A stretch of 64,000 nucleotides of DNA, taken from NCBI GenBank assembly GCA_963924565.1, contig OZ004607.1, positions 33,232,001-33,296,000 of the forward strand, read 5' to 3'. How positions within the stretch are numbered: position 1 is the first letter of the stretch; each line of letters opens with the position of its first letter. The notes below the pieces were generated by a model that worked only from the letters and a program-made list of their open reading frames with translations, was not told the DNA's origin and ran no database searches. Shown piece by piece: positions 47,577-59,544 of this stretch. Source of the stretch: Ascidiella aspersa. Lineage: Eukaryota. The position numbers were made by a program, and so were the translations under genes.

Positions 47577-47969
47577 CAGTGTTTCCCAAACGTGTACGCG
47601 GCACACAAGTCTGCCTCGAGAGAGTGTTGAGTGAAATACTTAATAATGCAGGGGAAATGCCTAATAATATATCCTAATACAAAAGGGGGAAAACTGTTTT
47701 TTTCCAGGAGGACACTACGAAAATGGAAGATTTGGGTAATTTTGGATAATAACTTCTTTGTATTACAAATAGACATACAGGCAAGCATGCGAGTCTTAAA
47801 TGCACATTATCCACTGTTAAACAGATAATTTTACGGTTATTACCTATCGCATATAGCTGCATATCATTGACGATTCATAAACTGTGATACTATTATTTGG
47901 TAGGAAGGGTGCCGCGAATGTTTTTCAAGTTTTAGCGTGCCGCAAGCTTAAATGATTTAAAAACCACTG
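47577..47969. mobile_element. hAT MITE
   Basis: CAGTGTTTCCCAAAC...AAAAACCACTG with GTGCCGC subterminal motifs; no clear TSD. Confidence 0.68.
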
Positions 47970-50423
47970 AACTGAACCAACAGTTGAGAAACGTATACAG
48001 AAAAGGGGAAGGGGGCGGTATCCTGCAACAACGCAGCACAAAATACGCGCTTTACCTTCAGTGTGTGATGAAATCGCGTTGCTGCGCGAGAGATCTTAAT
48101 CAGCTCGCCTAGCAAGCGATGCCCAGGATAACCTGGGTTTTGATGCAGCCGCAGATATGCGAGTAATACGAGAGATTGACAAAATGTCACTTGCTCTGGT
48201 CAGACCGAATGACTCCTCTACTGGTACCTCGCAGGAGCCAACAAGCCTATACAGTCAGTGTATCGATTTTTACGCTACACCTCTGCTGTTTATGCCTTAT
48301 TGTCTTGACTCTTATATGTGGGTGGAATAGGTTAGGGGTTTAAACGTAGGCATATGTCAAAAGCAGGCCTGGAATATTAAAGTGATCCTGCACTTTACAA
48401 AATTCATAGTTGACCTATGAGTGTACAGCAATAGGTTTAGGGAATTTAACACCACAGTAAAATCTAGGCCAGGTATGTTCGTTTATGCGACGTGATGCGG
48501 TATACCACACAGGGTCGTATGCTGCCTTCTGAAGTGTTGCCACTTAAATAGCGGATCTTGGGACTTTTCTGGTGATAAAGAAAACTGATTTCAATTACTT
48601 ACACCTTAAACATGCTCTGGAAATTAATACATTGACTTCTTGAAAGTTTTTTTCAAGTTAGATTTGAATTAGAAATACCGAATTCTGAATAAAACAGAAA
48701 ATGAAATAGAATTTAACCGTAGAATCACATTTACTTAATTCACTATATAAACTTAGTTTAAATGGCGATTTATTTTCATAGGTATGTGAATGGTTGATAG
48801 TCATGTGCTAATATTGGTACGTTTAAGCATATATATGCTTTTCAGTGTGTGTAATTTAACTACGAGTGGCTCAGAACAAAAAGTAATAAATCATATATTC
48901 AGTTCTGAACGGGATAGGCAACTAAATATTCGTTGTACAAAGCAGCATTTTTGGTAACATTTGAATTCGAACTAGAATTAGAACACACGAGCCATTCACA
49001 AATTACATTAGAATTAGCCGTATTTTGCTCTGATTCATTGAATAAAAAAACTATAATAATCCACTTGTCCAAATCCACTCTGGGTGAAACACTCCAACAA
49101 AAAAAAAGCGGAATATTAAAGGAAACTTTAACCACAGACAGAGCTGACCTATGAGTGTTCTGCGATAAATTACGGGAAATATGCAACATTGCACTTAGGC
49201 AGGGTTTGTTCAATAATGCGGTAGAACGTCAGAATACGTGCGCGGTATTCAAAACCAAAAAGTGCAAATAGAAAAATTGTTGTCAATAAAAATGAGGATT
49301 TTTTTTGTGGTAACTTTACTATTCAGACATAAAACCTGCCCCACCCCTCAAATCAAATTTCCCTGTTTGGAGTATCCTGACTTAATGGAATCGTTTAAAG
49401 TGATTTTGTGCTTTTAGATGAGTTATTAAATTTATTTCCCATCGCATGACTCCATTGAAAGGACGTAAAACATCAAATGCAAAAAGCTTGGTAATCCCTT
49501 CTTTAGTACCTTAGTACCGATAATACTTCATATAATGTTACCATGAACAGTGCTAGATATTTATCATGACAAGATACAGTTGACGTGCAAACATGAAGGC
49601 AAGAGATTAAATTATTTAAACGTTTGAAAGTTTGAAAGATTAAAAGCCAATATCGCTACCTATACTTGTCTTTGTATGTGACGCTATCTACTTGTATGGG
49701 ATTTCATACCTCGCCGGTTACATGGTTGCGGGGAATAAATATTTTAGACCGAAGAAACTTTCCCTGTCGAATTGCCTGCCACGACCTAAATGTACCCAAT
49801 TTACCTATGGCCCGTATCGGATTATAGCCTTTTAAATCCGACATTATCGTCACATCTCAGCAAACATCTACAGTAATTTCGCTGTCAAAAGAGTTCACTG
49901 CAAACCATAGAGTGATTTAATAAGTGTGCACCTCGGCTTTGGAACGTGATGGAACGCACACAGTTTTCAAATCTGGAATTTTTTGCATAGATAATGATCT
50001 ACTCTCTTTGCATTCCTCATATTTGGGATTGACTCGGCCTTAAAAAGTGGAAACAATAAGTCTTTATATCCCTGGTTCAAGCCAATTTCTATACTCGGCA
50101 TTACCAATACGATTTTGTCAGCGTGTGTCAATTGAAAGCAAAAATAACGGGTGTTTGGACAAATCATTGCATAAGCAAATAACTGCGTCCACTTGAATTA
50201 TGGTGTCACCGAATCTATGGTATTTATGGGAATATCCCCTGTAAAATCGAACAACTTACGTATTATACTAAATAGGCGAATATACGTAAAATAGTATATA
50301 CCGTATATAAGTTTTATAACCTGGGGGCTGTAGCAATTTGTTTACGGTGGACGCTAGACTGTACACAAACAAAGGTTTTAGTGTGATTATCAAAAAACAG
50401 AGAATCTGTGTATGCTGCAATAG

Positions 50424-50800
50424 CAGAGGTGTAATGACTTAAGTCAATGACTTAACTTAAGTGTGCTTAAGTCACTGTTTTCAAATGACTTGGCTTAAGT
50501 CTTTTGGACAAATAATTTTGGTTGAAATGAAGTGATTTCATTAAGCATTTTTTTCTTATAAAATTAGGTTAATTCTTCAATTTTAGGCATAAAACAATTT
50601 GCTTGATACATGTTACGTTTTGTGTTATTTTGTAGTTGGGTTACTGCTCATAAATCGGACAAGTTTACCCACTTTAATAGCTTACCGTTTACTTCTTATG
50701 GGACTTAACTTGAAATTGACTTGCCAAAGTTGTGACTTGACTTTGACTTGGGCAACAGATGACTTGGACTTTTTTTTTACAAACCATTTGACTGCGTACA
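50424..50800. mobile_element. MITE with TGACTT/AAGTCA subterminal repeats
   Basis: Dense TGACTT arrays at both ends; relatives at about 2990-3360, 28800, 31528 and 62440-62553. Confidence 0.62.
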
Positions 50801-53800
50801 ACAAAGGCAATTTGCAACAAACTTGTTTACTTGACATTCGCAATACGATATGATCAGCAGTATCAATTAAAAAAACAAAAACAACAACGGGTGTCGGCGT
50901 CGGATTAAAACACAGCACGCACTCGGGCGCGCGCTCACAGCACGAGTGCTAACCGTCCTGGAGCTGCTATTGTAACCACCAGCTGCGCCCAAGCCACAGG
51001 GGGTGGGGGTAGGGGGGGTGTCAAAACTTTGCAGCTCGTAGGCCGTTAATCGCTTCCATACGACGTTAGGAAGGCAATCAAGCGCTAATCAGCCGCGAAG
51101 GAAGCTCCTATCAACGCCGCCATTTTAACCGCTAAGCCTGCTCGCCTATGTGTGGTTTATAGTAAGGCGTCCCAAGATCGCTCTAGTCGCCTGTTGGTTG
51201 GACGAAGTAGGTGTTGACGAGGCGTTTCCGCTTGGATTTGGAATGGACAGCCGCGAGACAATTTGCTCGCCGTTTTGTCCGTGCCGTTGAGCAACATTTT
51301 TGGCACCTTTGGCGTTATGGTAATCATAGCTTTTTTAATGTTGAAAATAGAGAAGATGTCTTACAGACTAACTGCGAAACAAATGGAAAACGCATGGTGG
51401 TGATCTCATTCCCGCGGAAATTATCTTTAAAACAATTTCCCTGCTCGGAATTTGCTGGCTCAAATAGGCTCCGTAGGAATTTAAAATAATTCTGAAACTG
51501 TAATTATTAGTATACACGAAAATATAATTCACTCGCGAAAAACTCCTCGATACAAATTTATAACCGTTTCCTTCATAACTTTTAAACAAACTCTAAGCCT
51601 TTATTTTGTACCAGCTCCAACCACAATTGCTAAATCACCATTTTAACCTGCTTAAAATCATAAGTTTAAAACCTCCGATATAACATTTTCAGTCCAACAA
51701 AGTATCACTATATGAAAGCCAAATATATTGCACTTTTAAAGAGTTACATATTACAATTCAATTAACCCCAAAAATAACAAATCACGATTTTAAATTGGCA
51801 ATTGTTATAATTTAAAGCCCTTGCCTCCAAAAAAAAAAATCGCAATTTTAATCCTAAAAAATCACAATTTTAAAATGATACGTTTTGCAATTTAAATCCC
51901 TTCCCCTTCAAAAAAAACAAATCGCGTCATACGGCAACAGCAAATTTGCCAGGCGACGGACGAACGCCTTTGGTGAGCAAATAAACAAGCAACCGCAAGC
52001 TCGCTAAAGAGATCATCGTAAGGAGGACGGACGAGCCACGGGGCCGGATCCATCGCTGGGCCGCAGGCCGCTCGGAGCTAGTCACCATTGGTTCCATGGA
52101 ACCGAAACCGGTGCCACGCGGCGCCGGATAAAATCGAGAGACCGGAGCCAGGGACCATACGACCACGGATTGTACGGATTTTACGCGTGTCAGTATTGTA
52201 ATATCTCGACATTCGTACTTCGTTTAAAACTAACAATCTTGCCTTGGAATGATCCAGGAGTAAGGATCACTTTGTGATGTTTTCAAACCAATGTTTATTG
52301 GTTTTAAATGCGACATATATCTGTATTGGCATTGATATCTTTCAGCGTCTGACAACCTCCAGTTAATTTTTTTTTTCGAGTTACTTGATTTGGACCAACG
52401 TTTTTTTGGACAGATGACGTCTTAACTTAACTATTTTGTATAAATTCTAAACGCATTGTTTAATATACTTTTGGCGCCGCTAGCTTTGTCGAACGTTACG
52501 GATTCCTTTAGTGGTTTGCGATCCATTTTAGGACAACGCCCGACTCAGATTTGCGGTTAGAGTTAATTTTATTGTTCCGATGTTACGGAGACGCTATCGT
52601 AAGGCATTGTAACTTCCGCAGTGGCTAATCCAGGTTACTTCTATAAAATTGTGTGCTTCAGTATTAAGTAAATGTATTGACGTTTCCAAAGAGTTTGGCT
52701 CACCTTTTGTTTTCACATCCTATACTCGTTTTTTGCACATTTATCCCAAAAAGGCATTTTTCCCCTTAACCCTTGAAAAAATTTTGCAGAATCGCGTTGT
52801 TTGCCTTTGCTGCAAAATAGGCACAAAAAAGGCTAAAAAACAACTACTAAAGGGTTTCTTATAATCGGTCACTAATAACCTTCTGTATACTGGTTTCAAA
52901 TAACATTGTCATTTATTATTAGCCTTTAAATTTGTTTAATATTTGCACCTTTAAAAATGCTAATTGATTTTATTTCCAATCCCCAAATCCCCAATGTGCT
53001 AATGACATCTTATCTCTGGCAAGTGCATGACTTTAAAGTGCAAAAAAGTGCAGCGTTCCTGTACGAGCACGTCTGCAATATACACCGTTTTTACATAGTA
53101 TAGATATCGATGTTACTATTATATAACGCGCAAGGTCCCAAGGGAACTGGTGATCCTAAAGCGATTTGAGCTGCCATTTGAACGCACACGCGATGAGTCA
53201 ATAGCCGACAGACCCAAAAGACTTGGGGCGGTTCTTTCCGTTTAGCTTTCCTGTTTTGCAAGGCGCCCTACGGTTGATAGGCGTTGCGACCGCAATCGAT
53301 TTCGTTCAACTCGCCCGATGAACTTACAGGCGAAACTATATTTGACATTCGCGAAAGCTTCGCGGGAAAAATGGTCTCAAAACGCCGCGGAACTGCCTTG
53401 AGTGGCACCGAGGATTTTTAAATAGGCTTGTTTCCGGCATGACAAAGTCACAAATAGCTCAAAACTTCCTGATTTTTGTTTCGAAAGGGGAACACCTTGA
53501 TCGCAGCAACGCAGGAACTAGTTTGTCATATCTTGATTGACGTTTAGTCCACAAGTTCAACCAGGGGGAAGAGTTTTAGTCAGTCACAATAGGAATTCCG
53601 CCGGCTCTTTTACGTTTATAAATACACACGTCGCGGCTAGGGGTTCCTTTATAAAGCACCACGATCAATATTTTGCGGTTTTACAGCATGGTAAAGATAT
53701 ATTTTCTTCATGGGCACACAACCCGTATCTGGGGAAAGCCAGAAATGCCCAAATGCGACTCCGTGACCCTAAAAAGACCGCAAGGGGAAATTCAACTCAA

Positions 53801-54854
53801 AAACAGGCGCCTATAGTTCTCTCTCGTCAAAGTCGTAATTTGGAAAGGTCACTCAACCTATAGGTTTCCCGGAATGTAATAACACACAACTGAACTTATC
53901 TCTGATGATTTTTTTTTCTATTGGTAAACCTAATTTCCATCAGAGTTAAATCAATTCAATTAGTTAATGTCCAAAAAGTTAGCAGTTGAAATCTTTTGAG
54001 AAATAAGATAAAGTTATAGTCAATAATAGTTTGTAAACTTTCTCATTTTTAATAGATTTTTTAATTTTTAAATTACCGGATTCTATATTCTATGGGCAAG
54101 TTCAAATTCCAGAATTAAATCAATTTAAGTTTCAGTAATGCTAAGCCAGAAATTTTATCGTTTTTTTTCGGGTGTAAGGTAAAGCTTTTGTCAAATTAAA
54201 TAAATTTCCTTAAAGAATCATTAACCGGAAATATTTATTTTAGTGCAAGAACAATGGTATAAAGACAAAAAAACGATTTCCCTTACTCCACTTAGAAACA
54301 TTGGGATAACATGCATAGTTTTGCATTCTACACAGATATTTTGCCCGAAGGTCAAAAACTAGCAAACTGCATTGCTAAAAATCACATCCGCTGGTACTCC
54401 AGTCCCTCAAAAACCCGAGCAAATGCCGGGTTTCATTGCTAGCCAGGCGCGAGCGCGTAAGAAGCCGCCCGCTGTTTGTTTGCAGCCCAGCGGGAAGCGT
54501 GGCTCGGTGTTGTGAGGCGTTAGCGCGGCTTAAACGCTCCGAAAGAAAAAGGTGAAAGGCGACGGCCGAGCGTATATAGATCAGCACGCTGCCTGTCGAA
54601 GAACCAGTGACCAATCGCCTTGGCACCTCGACCGCTCAGGCGACCAGTTGAATAGCGTTAAACAGAGTCAGGTTTTTAATTATTTAGCTTTGCAGTTTTG
54701 TTTTCAAGAATGTAAAACTAGCATCGAATGTAAAATTGCTCTGCGGCAAATAATTTTTATTAAATCCGACGACGGTTTGACAAGCTTTACTGGAGTGTGT
54801 TTTTCCTTTATTGTTTACCTACGATATATATTTTTCGGCTAGTTGCAAGATTAT

Positions 54855-54894
54855 TGCCCTGACGAAAATTGGATAGGTTTTCGAAACGTCGGCG
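54855..54894 (+). ncRNA. Hammerhead motif, family E (imperfect stem II)
   Basis: TGCC-CTGACGA-aaattggataggttttc-GAAAC-GTC^-GGCG, followed by AATAAA. Confidence 0.55.
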
Positions 54895-57800
54895 CATTTA
54901 ATAAAAATCGTTGCCCGGAAGAGCAATTTCGCATTCGATGCAATGCGCGGCAGCAACAGCATATTCGTAAACCTAGCACGAATGCTAAACGAATTATAGG
55001 CTTTATTTTAATAGCGACAGTTATATACGGAATTCGGTTTAAAGAACCTCAAATATGTGTGGCTATGAGGTATAGCATTTTGCTATCATTCGAGCGTTTG
55101 TGTAAGCCACAGTTTTTTCGATGCCCTGAAACGGTGTTTTATATTATAGACTAATTCTGTAACTTAGCAAACTCGGTTATTGCTACTTACTAAGATTCCA
55201 TAGTGGCGGTAGTTAACATTTCTTAGCGGTCACTATGTTCAAATCTTAAAAAAAGTGGGCTTTATCTTTTTTTTTTTGAGAATTAATAACAGGTTAAGAG
55301 GTTTGCAGAATTTCGGCGAAAAATATTGCTCGCTTTTTTGCTTGACCTAATTGAAGGATAAAAGACCTTTCGAAGCAGAGACTAAACATACAGGCTACAG
55401 TGGTATTAAAATCAAACGAAAATAGTACCCGCGTAACTATTAATATTAGTTGAGTTTGCGACTCAGGTTTCGAATAAAAAAATTGTTAAAAATTGTTTTT
55501 CAATTAGTCGGATCTTACAAAAAAGGCGATTTCTTAAAACGATATGCGGTTTAAAACATGCGTTAACATTTCAAGTATGTTGTACAGACAGACGGGCATT
55601 TTTTATAGGGTTGAATGCATTTTAAGTGAGATTTCATTCACATTGAGCCTAGCGGTTCATGCCCACATTCGTCCTCCCCGTATATCTCAAATTCGCAGCG
55701 TTTCCGAGCAAAATTGAAAGCCGGCAATAGCACACACCTGCTGCATGTAGAGAGAGGGAGAGCGGGGCGACGGCGGAAAACTGCGATTTGTTGCTTCGGC
55801 CCGTGTTTGATTGACACAGTTCGCTATCGTCGTTTCCAGACGGGCGTCGCGGCCTCCTATAGCGCGATAAAGGAAAACTTTACGAGCAAACGGAACTTGA
55901 AACATCCCAATTAGTTTCTGAATTTTGGCTTGTTTTGTTATTAGGTTTTCAGTAGTTTAGTGAAACAATTAGTTTCTGACTCTTTGAACTGTTTTGTTAT
56001 TACTCTTTTGGTAGTTTAGCGCAACTATAACAATAGTATGAAAATGAAAAATGGCTAACTTACTTTAATTTAGTTCCATTAGGGATGTCCGATAATAGGG
56101 GATTCGAAGCCTGTACCCGACGCCAAGTGGTAGTATCGGTACTCGTCCGATACAAGATGGTATCGGTGCCGATCCGATACCAAATTAGTATAGAAATTTC
56201 TGCAATGATTTATGATTGAAAGAAGCGATTTTACCTTAAAAGGTATTTTTTTAATAGTATAGGTTATTAACTAGTAGAACTAAACTTTGAAACATAATGG
56301 TTAGAGGTTGTAGTAAGACGGAGTAAGAATATCAAAGCCCATACAGAAGTTGGTATAGCACTTTGAACGTTTACTTCTGCATGGGCTTTGATATTCTTAC
56401 TACGTAGAACTAAACGTTTAAACGTTAAAGCAAATTTCGTTCTATTAATCTGAAAAACAAATAATGCTTAGTTCCATCTATTTAACTTTTTGAGCAATTT
56501 AATGACATAACGGTATAGCACAGTTAGCAATCGGCCGTTTCCAGACCGGCGCGCGCTCTCCTTCCGCGATAAGGAAAAGTTTACGAGCGAACGCAACTTT
56601 CAACTCTGTACGCGGAAGGGAATAGCCTTGCGTTGCTCGCTTTGCTTATTTTGCTGCCTTATAATGCTGCTTGTATGGCAGACCATAAGCGGGGCGCACC
56701 AACGATGTTACTTTATCGAGAAAATACCGTTGTACAAAAAATGCCGTGTTTTCTTTAGTCTTGAATGGTATCGGGTAACGATCTAACATTATTGGACAAC
56801 GCTCGCAAAATTCGGACACTACTTTGGCTGTGCACAATTTCCGAATTGGAAGCGCGAAGGTGTTATACACAACCAAACTCATGGTAATCGCTTCACTGCA
56901 CGAATTTGCCTTATCGTTGAAGGGAATCACGCAGTTCGAATAACCGTGTAAACTTTTTTTCGGAAGTAAACAAGATACCAATCAGAGATTTTTACACATT
57001 ACCAAAGCAATCTAACGTGCCAGCCATCAGACTTTTATTACAGAATGGTAGTCAAATATTAATATGCTAATTTATGCGAGGGGAACTGAAAACGATAGAA
57101 ACGTTTCGAACATGGGTAAATTTCAAAGCGTATATACACAAATACAAGGGAATGTCGGTGGGCATGGGTTCCTCTTTTCAAAAAGCCACGGGCAATTTCT
57201 CGTATATCTCGGCCGTATCTAGGCCACGCCAAACGGGCGAAACTGCGTAAGGTCGCGCCGTTGGTTTTGGCTCTGACGCAGCAGCCCCAAGCCAGCACCG
57301 CGATTCAGCAAACATGTGTCGGGCGAATATACGCATTGCGCGACGCAAACGCTGTGTAATCGTAAAGAGAAGCGGCGCATCAGACGGATAAGTTTGCACA
57401 CTTGTCGCAAAAAAGGGTCGCGATTTTTAAGGGGCTGGGGGTGCTTTGTTTTCCAAGCGCGAAAACGTTTTATGGATGATTCGACGCACATTTACGAGAC
57501 GTTAAAACTGGAATATATAGGGGTTTAAAATTATATATAGGGGTTTATATAGGGTTATATAGGGTTTAAAAGGTGGGTTTAGGAGTTCCTAAACAAACTG
57601 ATTTGGATGACTGGAACCGTTTCAGCGTTTTTAAATTGAGTTGTTTTTAAAGAGCTTTTCAGTTTTCGTAAAATAAGTTACAATTGCCGACTTGCCATAA
57701 CTTGAACTGAAATCCAAACTAAGATTACATAAACCTGGGCTTCACAAAGGCTATAACCAAAATCATACTTAAATAATTATTACTAAAAATAATCAATTTG

Positions 57801-58283
57801 GATAAATCTGTAATTTGTTTTTTATACGAATGCCAATTGCAAAGATTTATTCGCCAAGGTGGGCATGCTTCAGGCTGTATTACTAAAAACTCGTTTGCTT
57901 AATCTATATTGAAAACACGTCTAATCAATTTATATTGCATTTCGTTTCTCATAACAGGGTTAAAATAAAGTCAAGAGGGTGAAAAATTTAAAAACAAAGG
58001 CTTATAGAATAAGCGGCATGTCGATGTAATTCGTCGAATTGGGCAGCTAGACACCTACAGTTCTCCAAACCTACCCAAATTACCAGCTAAAAAGGGGGTA
58101 GGAGGCGTCAGGCCTTGCGCTGGTAAATGATTAAGCCCGTGTTGGTTCTGGTTGCCGGATTGTTCCGCAACGCGCACGCGAATACAATGTCGCGAAATGA
58201 CAAAGCAGAAGCAGCAGTCTGGCTGGCCGTCTCACCCACGGCGAGTCAGCGAAAAAAAAAAAGCTGCGGCGCGAGTTGGCGAA

Positions 58284-58320
58284 TATAAGCCGACTCCTGA
58301 AAAGAGTTTAGGCATTAATG
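58284..58320 (+). promoter_or_regulatory. Candidate TATA box and initiator for the ALDH1A-like gene
   Basis: TATAAG at 58284-58289 and gCAtt at 58313-58314 (30 nt spacing), at the 3' edge of a CpG-rich block (about 58090-58350). Confidence 0.45.
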
Positions 58321-59055
58321 AGTACTGGTTGGTTGGGTCTTAGATACTCGCGCGCTCATTTAATTAGGGTTTGGGCAGAAAAACTACTCACTTTGGTGTA
58401 GTGCAAATGCTGTGTAATTTCTTGTACAGAATAAATAGTTTATATATACTGTTGCTGCCAGGCATTGTCTCAATTGTAAAGTTGTTCTTCCGTCAATATA
58501 TGCTTATAAAATATTGCCGAAAGAATTTTTACAATTGACAGAAATACTTGATTTAAAAATGCAAGTAGCCTACCAATTGCTTTTACAACGCGAAAACTAA
58601 AGATTTATCAAATTCAGACAACTCGTTTAAAAGTTACTAAAGATACTTTATTTAAAAATTAATGGATTACTCCATATTCAGGGGTTGAGGTTATTCGCTT
58701 CAGTATAACAGAGCCCAATTGATTTAGCAAGAAATTAGAGATTATCAGCTCAGGTGTATAGAAATTAGAAGCGTTGTAGATGTAGCAATCGTCCAACCGC
58801 GTTTGGAAAACTTCGAAAGCACACCTAAATTTTAGGTTTGAGTGTTATTTCAACGACTTAAGTCTAAAAATACACATTTCGAAACAAGGAGTGTATACAC
58901 AAATAGATGCACTCAGTTTATATTAACAACTGTTAACATGCGTGTTATTTTATTTCGTCCAGAAATTGCAATCTCCCCGTTGCAGTTCTACATAGAAAAA
59001 AGCTTAAATTTTACCTGAAAAATCCAGTTCAGACCAACCTACCAAAAACAAGAAG

Positions 59056-59184
59056 ATGGCAACAGTCACAGAGCAAGCGCCCTCAGTCGACACCAACACC
59101 GAGAGTTTGGGTAAAGAGGCGACCAACTGCATTCCATGGCCGATTCCGCCACCAAACCCAGCCCTCGAAATTAAGTACACCAAG
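59056..59184 (+). CDS. ALDH1A2: First coding exon of a cytosolic ALDH1A (Raldh2-like retinaldehyde dehydrogenase); gene continues beyond the window
   Basis: ATG at 59056 encodes MATVTEQAPSVDTNTESLGKEATNCIPWPIPPPNPALEIKYTK, then aag|gtaagt (phase 0). This matches the recalled end of vertebrate ALDH1A2 exon 1 (LPSPTPNLEIKYTK, followed by IFINNEW). The N-terminus is acidic, so there is no ALDH2-type mitochondrial presequence. The exact paralog is uncertain (likely an ALDH1A1/2/3 pro-ortholog). Confidence 0.78.
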
Positions 59185-59248
59185 GTAAGTTCGCATGAAG
59201 GCATATCGCCGTGAAGCGTGAGTTATTGTCGTTGGTCAGAGGGTATAG

Positions 59249-59544
59249 CAGTGTTTCTCAACCTTTCATGGCTAGCGGCACGCCATAGAAATAACAAATA
59301 TATTGCGGCACCCCTACTAGATTTTTCCGTAGGTAAATCACTATAATGTCACAGTAAACGGAACTGAAACAACACACATCAACTCTACACAACGTAGGAA
59401 ATTATAATTGGATTTATTCCACTCTAATCTTTACAAAAAAGTTGCAAGAGTTTAGCAAAAATCAGATTTTTAAACATTCTCAATTGTCTAAATATCTCTC
59501 GGCACCCTTGAGCATTAGAAATGGCACCCGGTTGAAAACCACTG
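59249..59544. mobile_element. hAT MITE in ALDH1A intron 1
   Basis: CAGTGTTTCTCAACC/GGTTGAAAACCACTG. Confidence 0.78.

Noticed and set aside
53546-53560. Possible retinoic acid response element (AGTCCA-ca-AGTTCA, DR2-like)
   Set aside because: One half-site is non-consensus. No canonical DR5 or DR2 was found by eye; a PWM scan is needed.
27500-58900. Many 60-146 aa ORFs in the ORF track (e.g. 35248-35688, 32494-32904, 40522-40938, 44900-45271)
   Set aside because: No recognisable domains, many non-ATG starts and no phase-consistent exon chains; lengths look like chance ORFs.
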